Positions 24,194-36,909 of a stretch of DNA of 64,000 nt are shown one piece after another. The notes beneath the pieces are model-generated. The model had not been told where the DNA came from, searched no databases, and worked only from the letters and a program-made list of their open reading frames with translations. Each line of letters begins with the position of its first letter. Position 1 is the first letter of the stretch. Origin of the DNA: Lingula anatina (taxonomy: Eukaryota > Animalia > Brachiopoda); NCBI GenBank assembly GCA_051362555.1, contig CM120646.1:2232001-2296000 (forward strand), in the 5' to 3' direction. A program made the position numbers and the translations under genes.

Positions 24194-27100
24194 CCATCTT
24201 ACCTCAACCAAGTGGAGACATACTGAAGAATACAGAAATAGGCTATAGACTAAGTCTGTTTGTAAATAAGAGATACATGATCTTTGTGTATTCCGTTGAA
24301 ATCTAGGTGGCAATATTATTTTTAAAAAAAGCTGCTGTGTTATCTGTATCATTGCTGAACACTGTTGTGCCTATGGTTGTATATTCTCGCCTTTCAGAGA
24401 TTCTTAAATAGAAATGCACAGTTTGTATGTATATAGAGCTATTTGGCTGTTCTTAGTGTTGAGAAACAGGGATTAGCAGGGTAGCTTATTTTAGGGTCTT
24501 TGTAACCTCTTTAGTTGACTGTTTTCAGATTTTGATACTGAATGTACATTGCACACAGCTGATGTTATGTTTTGTTGACATGTTCTCTTTGCACTTTTCT
24601 CAGTCTTGTGTTTGATTAAATTAAAATATATGTCAGTTGTATTGATCATTCTTCAGAGCTGTAAGTGTTTGATTCAAGTTTAAAGGAAAGGGCACTTGCA
24701 CAGCTCCTTTTATCTACCAAACAGAGCTAATCCGAAATGTATCATTTAGTTTCTGAAGTGAAGCATGCCAAGTCCATTCTCTGAAAATGACACAAAATGA
24801 AAACGAGAAATCCATCCAAGTTGAATGTGCAATGTGTGTGTCAAGTTCCTAATGTTTAAAGTCTTGCATAATAAGCGGTGTTCATTTTTGGTAGTTCTGT
24901 GTTAAGCTTTACATGTAAGCAGCATTGTTTTTCTTCCAGTTTTAAACTGAGCCTTAATGTTGTTGAACAAATGCTTCCAGGTTAAGTTGTATGTGCAGCC
25001 TTCTGACACTTTTTCATACCAGTGCAAACATGACCTACGCAATTTTTTTTACAAATATGTGGATTAAAGAACAAGTTTGTATGTTGAAGGTAACTTCTAT
25101 GTCTTTGTTGACATTGTTTATTTTGCAATATTGCATGTTTGTACATTCAGTTAATTTTGGATATTTTGTGTGAGCATTTGCTGAGTTTTATCTGGTGATT
25201 AAATTGGAAAAAATATCAAATCAGGTGGCGTAGGTAACATACTGAATGGTTCTTGGGGTGAAAGTACCCCCTTTGAATGTGATACTTTTTAGACAGGTAG
25301 AAGCTGTCTGAAAGCTTCCAATCTTAATTGTTTTGAATCATGAAAGAATCTAATCTTTGTGATTGATATTTGATTCTAATGCACAAATTAGTGGACAGCA
25401 GATGGAGAGAAGTAATGCAGTTAGTGATAAATATGTTTGATGAGAAGGCTTAAAATTTAGCATTAGATGGATCTGATGCCAGTGAGCAGAGATGAGAAAC
25501 TGATTATAAATGATGTATTGCTGCACATCATGTGGGGTGAAAATTAAGGCAAGAACAACTGTGACATTCCACACGATGAGAGTAAGGATGAAATTTGTCA
25601 GTTTGCTAATGGATTTATATATGAGTGAAATTGCAAATTATGTAATCGATGCCATTAAGTTATATCTGATGGATCTGTAGAGAGGGGACATTGGCCAGAA
25701 TGGATCAGGAAATCCTAGTTTGAGAAAAAGATGTAATGGCTTGGTTTGAATTCTCAAATTGTTATTGGTTCCTCACTGGATTCAGTGAGGTGTTTGAGGT
25801 AACATATGATAGTTTAAGTTAACAGGCAGCTCTGTTGAAAATACAGAACCACAAAGAATTTGGTGAAAAGAGTAAACGGTCTCTTTTGAGTCTAAACATT
25901 GTTTTTGACTCTGTGGGCTGACATTTGATTCTTAATCAAAGGGTCTAAACCACTTTGATTTCTTTGAGGAAGGATCTCAATGTCATGCTTCACAGATGAA
26001 AAATTTTAGTCTCTTTATAAAATATTTACTTTTTTACCATTTTTTTATCATTAAACAAGAGACAATGATAACCTCATTTCCATGCTGAGAAGGTTCAACG
26101 ACATTTTCATTTAAACTATTAGTAAGGGCAACTAGTTAACATTTGACTCTTTATAGACAGGTTGTGATAAGGGTTCCTTCAGAAATATGTAGAAATGATG
26201 TGTAACAAAAAATATATTACTTAAGATTAAGATTCTTATGACATTAGGTCAGAATCAGAATCATGTGTTCATTCAAATTAAAAATTGCATTTTGTCTTTG
26301 TCTTATATGTAAACCAAACAATTGAGCGTTACTTAATCACATTTTTCAACTTTATTAAATTTTGTATTCTGACTTCTCAGTTATTATGAACAGGTGATGG
26401 GAAAAATTGTCACACTTATTTGCTGATACAAATATTTGATATTTTCATAATTATTGATATATATATATTCTGTAGATACGAGTGGCTTTTCATTTTAATA
26501 ATGAAATTTTCTTTGTAGTATAATGATTGAAGTTTGAATATTGCATTATCAAAATGAAAAGTGTAGAGGTTGAGAGTTATATACATATTATATATATTGA
26601 AATTTGTATATTATGTACTATGTATAAATGGTATTGTTATATAGAAAATACATATAGCAAAATGAAGTCATCACATGTACGCAGAGTTGGAAGAATGGTG
26701 TGGAATGATGGTTATGAAAAGAACATTTTTACATGTGTTATTACTTTTTCCAGTTTGAATTGTATCCAAGTCCATTCTGCCTATGGGACCATTTTTATAC
26801 TTGTCAATATTTGGCAAGAGGCATTATGATTATAATTTCTGTAAAAGAATATAATATGGTTTAGACAATTATGTGGAAATACCCTGAACATCTGTATAAA
26901 ATTATTTACTTAAAAGGACATAAATGTTTGAAATTGGACAGATGTCATAGGTAGGAATGCAGACTTAATTAGATGTGACTTGTTTAAAGACTTGCCTGTC
27001 TAGGCAGTACATTTGTGTCACATGAAAATGTCAAACTTGAGTATATACAATGTGATAAGTTATTGTAGGTAAATTTGTTATCCAAGTCTCATTTAGATTT

Positions 27101-28309
27101 AAGTCACATAAGTTTCTTGATATTTTTAAAAAAGTAATTTGTTTTTCTTTATTCATGAATATAGAGGAAAATGTGAATGAGAGGCTTTGATTGTATTTGC
27201 ACAAAGCTTAGATACAGTGATAAGTGTTGTGGAACCTTTGTTGCTAACCCTATAGTATAGCGTGCCTTTACATGTTTGTCTCGTCACAAAGTCAAGTCAT
27301 GTTCACACACAGGACCAAGTTTGAACAGAAATTGACTTAAATGAAACATGTGATGCCGTCAGACAAGTAGCTTATCATAGTAGGCCGCATCAGCTCTTGG
27401 CCTTACTTTTATCTAGTATGAGAATGCAGGCTTTAGGAATCCCTGAACTCAATATGCAATATCTAGTATTTGTTGTTATGGTTTCAGAAATCCTTGCCTT
27501 AAGTTGTCGCCACAGGTATTAATTTGAATTTATCCACATGTGAGTCTGTTATATATATTTTTGTATTTATGCATAGCTTGTTGAAATGTGTGGTTCTATA
27601 GGGGGCAGGGGTGAATGTTTCTCTAAGATACAGTCATTGTTTGTATTAGCTTTGATATAAATATTATAGAATACTCATTGCTCTATGCCAATATCAAGTG
27701 TATCACTTTATCAGTGTATAGGCTTTTATATATCATTTTTCAAAAATGGAATATTTACACACAGTCATTTTAAATTAGTTATTTTTTCAAATGGTGAAGA
27801 TTTCTGCTCACTGCTAGGAGTTAGCTGAATTCATTTAAGGCTTTGTAAAGCTTAAAGAAAAAGATCTAACCCAGTCTTGAACTTAATTCATCTTGTTTTG
27901 TATTCAAGTACTGTTGAAGGTGTTGATTGCAAAACATCTTAATCTGAAGTTGATTCCTTCACCAAGGTCCACAGTTTATGTTGCCAAGGGAACTCTTGAT
28001 CACATGACTTTTGATTGGATGAGAAACTACAGTGTTGACCTCATATTCAAAAGAAAAAGCAACTTTGTAAAATATTATTTCGTTTGCTAAAACCCTTACA
28101 GTGTTCAACCTGAAACTTCAGTGGCCCTGAAAGGGGCATGGTGTAGAACATAAATAAAAGACAATGGTAATAATATATGATAGCATCTCAGTTGGGATGT
28201 GAATATTTACAACACATAAAACCTTTGTGACTGTTGAAAATGGGTATGATCTAGAAGGGGAAGAGGCTAGAATTGGAAATATGATTGTTTATATTTCAGT
28301 TGTTTGAAC

Positions 28310-28315
28310 AATAAA
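28310..28315 (+). other. candidate distal polyadenylation signal of amphiphysin
   Basis: AATAAA followed about 25 nt later by the GT/T-rich tract gtctttgtgcgtgttttt; close to the end of the CpG-poor domain. Confidence 0.4.
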
Positions 28316-29665
28316 TAACTCCTAGTGTTATAAAAAAACGGTCTTTGTGCGTGTTTTTAAGTTTTCATTTGTATTTATTTATGGACATTATTTCTGCTTG
28401 CCACTTAATTCTAATGGATGTTTTCATGCAGTTCTTTTGATTAAAGAATTTTGAGGAATTGTGAAATACCTTGTAAAGCACTAAAGAAGTAGAAAAAAAA
28501 TAGTAAACTAGCAAAGTATTGTGGAAAAGGCTACGGTTCCTAGCGGACTACCATTGTTGTAGTAGTTCTGAACCTTGTAAAGAAACCTTGCGTTTTGCGC
28601 TGTCTTCAACTTCAATTGCAATTTTTGCACAGGATTAAAATGTTTTTATCTACGGACACAGCGCGTATAAAAATGTAATAATTAACAATAGGTGGTAGCA
28701 GGTTTATTTGTTGGACAGTTATTCATGAAATTTATTTATTTGTTTTTTTTTTTATAGTTTTTCATTTTTTAAACATTTGAAATGAAGGTGTGTATTAACC
28801 CCCTTCCCCCCCCCCCCGGGCCTGAGGCCCTGCGCTAGTAAAATTTTCACATTGACGGTAGTACAAAATGCTGTTATGTTATATTCATTAGCGCACGGCC
28901 TTCGTTATTATCTGCATTATTTCTGCACATATGACAGCTTTGCTGCCTTGATTTTCTACTGTGTTATTTTTATCTCAAAATTTATGGCTAGTTTGTTTAA
29001 TATCAAGCAACTTCTTTTTCACATTATAATCACTGCGTTCTAATCTCCTGCAAGATGCTGTGCAGATGACGTCACATGCAATTAACTTCATACAATGACT
29101 GACCAACACAAACTACTTATGACGCTATTTTGTTGTACAAAACGAAGATGTTTTGCAATCTGCTGGTACAAATCAGTGTGTGTGGATTAGATTAAATTCT
29201 ATGGCAGTATAAAATGGAAGATAAAGCGCTTTTTCAGGGATTGGCCGCTCATCTCTGCTGTGAACAAGGCCGCCATAGCATTATGACGTAACGTTCAGAC
29301 AACGTCACACACAGCTCATAGGAAACGTAAGCTCTTCTCTTACTTTTCTGCCATATTTGTGTTAACATACGTTTACAGTTAAATGTTTACAGTTGGGTTA
29401 AACTTTGTTATTTTCATGATGACGGCATTATTTTTTGAGCCATGAATACTGCTCTTATTATAGCTAAGAATGATGAAAATGAGTTTAATAATGAAGTGTA
29501 TACGTCACAGAATTTCGTCGTTTACGTCACACAGCAACTGGAAAACACAACTGTATAATAACGTAACGAACAACGTTTTTGTCGTAACGCTCGCGACCGT
29601 TTTGTTTATTTTAGTTACTCAAATATTTCGTAAGGTTGGGAACTATTTTTTATTGTTTTATCAAG

Positions 29666-29980
29666 ATGCTGCTATCAACTTGTGTACATAGTGAGTCTAA
29701 CTGCAAGACAGACGGTGTGAAACGCAATGTTGCCTTTAAAGGCGATGCTGCGATGGAAGAAAAGGGCGCAGGAAAGATTAAAACAATGAAAATCACGAAC
29801 AGATCAAGATCGGCCCCTGTGAAAAGAGCAGCCAGCGGTAAAGAAGAAAAGGGTGGGAATTCCTCAAACCCGAAACTCTGTTGGCAGAAAAAACGTAAAG
29901 GTTGGTTAAAGATAATATAATAATCAATTAGAAAAAAATGCTCTTGGTCCATAATTAAACAATTACTAAGGTAAGCTTTC

Positions 29981-30034
<54 letters not shown>

Positions 30035-33000
30035 TGTTTATTTTTAACGAATGTTGTTGGATATTTAAATAATTTACACAAATTAATACTCTTTCTAAAT
30101 GCATTAAGTAAAATCATATAATCAAAGTGTTTAAATGAATTAACATGATATTTGGTACAGTGTTCCAGAAAAGTCTCATTCAAATAAATTTTCTCATTAT
30201 TGAACTCAGACCCATTCGAAAATGTCCCGACTTCTTTGGAAATCGCAGCAGACGAATTCAGTTCCGCCCGCAGCCCGGGCCTGTCAGCCACCAAACTCTT
30301 GACACGTGTCAATCACATGCTTCCCTCTGACCTCATTAGAATCGGGGCCAATGTCAAGTCTCGATGGCGGGAAAAATGGAAAGAGGAAAAGAAGCGACAA
30401 CGCAGAGAACTGAGGGAGAAGCAACTGGTAAGTCAAAATTTCAACTCAATCATTATAAATAATTTCTACAAGTTTTTGTGACATTTTCGTCCAAAAATAC
30501 AAGCTGGCTGGATAAATGGAAGAACGGTGCAATTAATGAACTGCAATTGCAACGGATATATAAAGTAAAGCTCAAAGGTTCAAGGTAAACTTGAATTAAA
30601 AATAAATGTGTAATAACATTTATTTAGAGGGTAAAAACCAAACATGTCCAATAGGCATTACAAGGAAAATTACAAGTTAAATAATTGGTAAACAAAAATT
30701 AACTTATTGTGAGAGGTTATATTTTATGTACTCCGAGGTCAATTGATGACCTTGGATGGCCTTGGATGACCTTGTTCGTCTCAGTAGCAATTTAGTAATA
30801 AGAACTTTTCCGAGCAGCAGTGGAGACTGATGGTGATAAAACTTGGATTTCTCTCCCCCCCCCCCCCCCCCCAAAAAAAAAAAAAAAAAAAAAAGTAAAA
30901 AAAAGGTCTCAAGTTCTGAGTATGTTTTTCTTATGTAAACAAAATATTATTGCAGCAGTTCAAACATTATGTACGTGGTGTTGCTTATCGCAAAAAAATG
31001 TAACATTTTATCGGAAGTCGTAATACACGAGAAAGAGAGAGAGAGACAGAGAGAGAGAGGATAAAGCGAGATAAAGTCATGCCTACAGAAAAAAAAGACA
31101 AGTTGCCCTCCGTTACAGAAGTCTTTTTTTTTTTCATGGCAACCCTCTTCATTCATATTAATCCCCATCATTTATTTGCATTGGGACTATAATGCACATT
31201 AATGTGGTATTTCAAATGTTCCTCCATCTCAGGTTTATTTGCTTTAAGATTGCGGGATACGTTAATAAACAGTCTGAAGCAGATGGCTAATAAAGGACAT
31301 TTAATAGAATTGCCTTGCCATTCTACTTTACATTTCTGAATTGCCATTGACTTATAGAGGTGCCAGGATCGAGAGTATTATAAGACAGAAAAAGTCGTTG
31401 ATGTTTTCCACTTTGTATTCTTGACTGCTCTGTGTTTAGTAGTGAAGTGCTGAATATGAATGGCGCTCGCCCGATAAAGATTATGTTTTCATGTAAGCAG
31501 AGCTTCAATTAATGTTTGTTTAATGTTATTGCCACTTGAGATTTGTGTTATTGCTACGGTAAAGAGTATGACAAGACTTAAGTCGTGTAAATATTTCCTT
31601 TCTTTCTCTCGAGTCCGTTTTATATGGCGAAAATCATTATAAATGTTCGTCACTTTAATCTCCTGAAAAAAGTCAGAAGTGGCAGAATTAGATTAATTTT
31701 GAAAGTTACAGGTTAATGTGAAATTTATGAAGACGGAGAGGGCAGCGCGTTTGTTGTGTAACCGATTAACTGGAGCCACACGAGGATTAATTACTGAATT
31801 AAGTGCGGTTTGATATTGTTCGGGACTAAAATTGCGTTGTCACGCAGCGTTGAGCAACAACATGGACGTCTTGCTGCTTCAGCTAGGGGTAATTATTCTC
31901 TCTCTCTCTCTCTCTCTCTCTCTGGTTTCGCACGAAATTGCTTTTGATTATTAAATGTTATCCAGCGAATACACGGGACGTAGACATTCACGGGGAAAAA
32001 AGATAATACATTCAGTGTCACTGAATTCTGCACAGTACTACGCCAGATTTCACGATATCTTAATATCTTAATATGTGAAAAGATGACAGATTGTCGGTGT
32101 TAATTGTATTTGTTTAATTTAAAACGACCTCTCGTCCCTGTAGACAAACAGATTCTTAACCCTTTAATCATATTCGACGTAATTCAGCCAGATCATAAAT
32201 GATGCTCTGAATACGGTATTATCCTGTCAACGCAGTTATGGACGAGACTGATAAAGAATTTAATTAAATGATACTGAAGTTATGGACTTTAAAGACAGGT
32301 AGCATGTTTACCAAGGCAGTGTGAGAAGATCCGTTTAAAGACGCGCAATCCCTCATCTGCTGTATTTATCGGCCGTGTCCAGGAGCGACGCTCTCATTGC
32401 TCCAATAACAAACTGACAGTTAAACAGCACCTTTTTCTTTCGCGAAAACCATTTTTATACATTTTCTGGTGATAAAAGGTGCGTTTTATTTCCTTTCTTT
32501 CGTCGGATGTTTTGTTAAGAGGATAGTAATGATCAGAGTGTGAGGCGAACCGTCGATGAAGGCTGAATAATGCATACTCACGCGTCATATGCAGGCATGC
32601 GGCATTTGTCGTAACAGTCATTGTTTTCATCAAATGGGCGCTATTTCATTGAGATCTAGGCGGAGGGAATTTATTCAAACCACATAGCAGAAGGTCTGAA
32701 CATTTTTACTTTGACCATTGATGTTTAAATTGGACAACAGTACGTCTGTGCCTGTAAATTCATTCTATTTATTTCAACCGACCTTTCATTAGGAACCTTG
32801 CAAACACGGCGAACATTAATGACGTTTTCACTTAATTTTTCAAAACAGAGCTCAAGGCCACACACGGATTTATTTCTAGAAATCTGAAATCATCGATAAA
32901 TAGATCTACGAAGCTAGACTCTTCACATAATAAGATGCTGAAAATGTCTAAAATTTAATGTGAAAATCGGGTCTGAAGACAGCCAAGAACCTCACAAGTT

Positions 33001-36000
33001 TTTCTGACCTCGGATACAAAACAAATGTGTTTTGTGTGCGTGTTTTGACAAAAGAAGCGTGGCACGAATAACAAGGTTCCGTGGACTATTGACGTTACAA
33101 TCTCATATACATTTAATAAGATAAGGACGCGTACGGAGCAGTCACAGGACATATTAGACATCACACGGGGTCGTAATACCGACAGATAATGACCAACACT
33201 TGAGATTCGATGGTTCAGGCCTATAGGTTTGAAGGATGCCGAACTTCTATGTCAAGACGAACAAGTCATACATTTGGGGCCTGGTAGACAATCCGCGACT
33301 GATAGCGCGTCTGTTTGAAGAAGATGACGACATTTTGGACGAGCGGTTCGATGATAAGAATGAATATAACACGGTAATACTAGGCTAAGTTACTAGGGTT
33401 TTATTGGGGTTTTATTGGTTTGATGCAATTCTTCACCGAACCCCGGGATCTGTTTTTCATTTCTTTGTTTTTTATTAGAAGTAGCAGGTATAGTATCGGA
33501 ATATTTTCAAATGTTTTCACAGAGGAATCGATGGTTTGTATTGGTTTATTGGTTGTATTGGTTTATTGCTTGCAGTAGGCAAACATTGGGCCATCTGAAG
33601 GTGGCCTGTCGAAGTTATCATTTATATCCTATTTCTCCAAGATATCTGCTAAGGCATTTAGTCCCACGACTCCAGTCATTGATACAAAGTTATTCATTCT
33701 AATTCGAGAGACGAGTATTCCAAAAACAAACGAATATTTTTGCGTTTTCTTTTCATATATACTTTAAACAGGTTGCTATGAACAATGTCACCATGTATGA
33801 TGTTTGTTTACCCATCCGATCTAGAAAAGCACCATTGTTAACTCATATTAGTACCGAAAGGTAGCTTTCCCGGAGTGAAAATGCGCTATTATGACGTGTT
33901 CCTGCAAGGCATGTTGTTAAAATAGCAGAGACAGGGGTTAAATGGGATTTACGACTTTTGGTGTTGGTGCAATTGTTTTTCTTATTTGAAATGTTTTCTT
34001 TTATTCTAGAATGCTTTAAAGCCGAAACGTGATGGCAAAACGGTAGGTTGAATTTTTTCCCCTGTTTTTTTTTTTTTTTTTTCCTGTTTGTCTCTCCTTC
34101 CTCCTTTCTTTTTTTTTCTCTATTTTTCACACTTTGAATTATGCGGTATTTTCTTCAAGCCGCGTCATAATCAGATGCTTGCCCGACATCTTCAGCCTTT
34201 AAGAAGCACAGGCTGGTATAGGACATATATCCATCGTATCTCTCATACAATCTTAAAGACAACAGTTTCAGCAGCTTGGTGATTAACTTTTTGTGTTTCA
34301 TCACTTCTTGCAGCCTCTCCAGCGTTTCCGGCGAGCAGCACGTATTGTGAAGATGTTATGTGCCGTGAACATCGCCCTGAGCCGCTACGCTCTGGACGCC
34401 GGCCTTGACCTCTCCGCCTTCCGTAGTAACTTCTCCACGCGGCGGAAAGTTCAGAGGGACGAGGACGGGGCGGAGGTCGTGGAGGAGCTGAACTTTGACC
34501 CGGACGAATTTAAGTCGCATTATGAGGTAAGTTGTTGGTTTGTGTACTGGAAAAAAGGCGTGTAAAATGATTTTACCTGCTGCGTTTCCAAGAAGGTCTG
34601 CAGGTCGGAGAATAAATCTTATTTTTTCTGACATTTTGACAACTGAGGCCATTTTGGTGGCAAATACTTCTTTTCGGCCAAACATCGGATTTCCAAAATT
34701 AAGATTTATTTGCATTCCAAGTTTATATTATATTATATTGCACTGGAAGAAGAAAAAAAAAAAGATCTGGCACTGAGCACATTATTGACCAAGCCTCCCC
34801 CCTCCCCGTTTCCTCCAGCCCCCTTGGTCCACATTGATCTTCTTACTAACTTAGGCCGCATTCAGAACAGTAGACTAACTAGTCCGCGGGTCAAATATGG
34901 CGATCCACCAAAAAGCTAGCCGTCTAATCCGCTAATAGACATTGAATAGATTCCCCGTGGGGAAGTATTCAAGTAGGTCGGCTTGTTTGACCCTCGACTA
35001 GTTAGTTCACTGTTCTGAATGCGGCTTTAGCGTACGATTTTTCTGTTTTTATTTTTGGTCTAGTTTACGTGGCCCGAGAACGCTCGGCTTATTCTGGAAA
35101 AGAAGCCCTGGGAAAGAACAGACGACGACATCTACCAGATCCTGCGACTGATGCGGACATTGTCGTCCTTTAGGAAGTACACCCATGAAATGCAGGCGCT
35201 TATGGCGAAGACAGTGCGCTATGCCAAGTAAGTGGAAGTAACTTTGTTCTCAATGCCATTTTAAAGAAAGAAAATTTTACCAAATGGTTTGAGCAAAGAA
35301 CGGTTCATCGAATCCATTGATGATGCTGGTATCGTATAGGATGTAGAATTTGTCCACAAAATGTAGACACCTTTGACACCGTACTTGCAAACCACATACT
35401 ACTCATTTACAGATATGGAAGACACCGCGTCATCCTACGAAAGGGTCACATTGGATTCTCCTTCTACTTTATCTTCTCCGGAAGTGCCAGCGTCACCTTG
35501 GAACAGGCGGGCACCAGTATCTTCTCCAGACCCGTCGTCATACGCATGCAGAAAGGGGACTGCTTTGGGGTATGTGGGCGTACTTTATGGCCGCGATATT
35601 TGATATATTTTGTTAGCTGTTGTGCAACGGTTTTTTCACAAAGGCAGTGCCTTCTGATGCTTTTGGTCACGGTTCGGTGTGAAATAAAAAAAAAAACTGT
35701 CTGCGTTTTCAGCGTCATGCTGACTGTCACACTCACAAGAGTTGTTCAAAGTTCTTACCACGTGTAGATAACGAAAAACGTATTCCTGTAAGTCCAAAAC
35801 ACACTGTGATCTACCTGCTGATCTACCGGTCACTCTAGGCCGACTGCTCAGCACTTTCTGGTGGCGTTTCTTTATCTTCAAGGCCATTGGAACAATACCG
35901 CTTCTCTATTCTTACTTTTAAGAAGGTACTCTGATTATTCACCAGGCCTTAATACATAGCATAGTATTACACTACACATACGAAGCCATGCTATGTGACC

Positions 36001-36869
36001 GTGGCCATACGCGCTTTATTCGGTTTTAGCGATGCTTTTCGGTGAAATGCCAGTACTTTCTCACGGTATGTAATTATAAACTGCCACCCTTTTCCAGGGA
36101 GGCAGATATTATAGGCACTTTTTCTACCCGCCAGTGTTAGAAACTTGACCACATTTAGCCAGAGACATTATCTGTGAATATCAAGTGAAAACTCAATCTG
36201 TGCCTCTGGTAGAGGGTACTCTTGTGATATATGTCTTGAACGTCTCTCGCTGACGCTGGAGATGCTCTGGCACACATCGCTCGGGTGACAGTGTATTGTC
36301 TCACATAAAGCCTGATGTATAAGACTGGATTCCCATACTTAGATCGATCCATCTGGATCGACCTAACTCCCTGGGGGTCCACACTAAATTGCTATCAACT
36401 CAAGAGGCTTAAATGTCTGTCACGCCTACCGAATCAGCTAGGAGTAAAGATAATTACCCCCTAACAGTTTAACTAGGCGTGACATACGTTTAAGCCGTTT
36501 AGTTTGATAGCAATTTAGTGAGACTCCCCAGGGAGATAGATCGATCCAAATATCTGTGGTAATGATCCCTAAATCTCTTCAGGAAAAGGCCCTAGTGAAG
36601 GACGTGCCCCGCCTGGCCACGGTGGTCGTAGAGGAGGACATCGAGTGTATTGTGCTGGACAAGGGCGAGTTCATAGAACACGGACTGCTGGAACACATGG
36701 AAAAAGAGATGGCGATCACGGCGGACTTTCTCAAGTGAGTGGTATTGGAATATCCGTTCATGATTAGTTATAGATAGGGTAAGAGCGACGCGGGGTGGGG
36801 TGGGGGTGGTATAAGACATATGTAGGGAGAAGAAGAGAAATGGCGGAAAGGGTTTAGAATTTAAATCTG

Positions 36870-36909
<40 letters not shown>

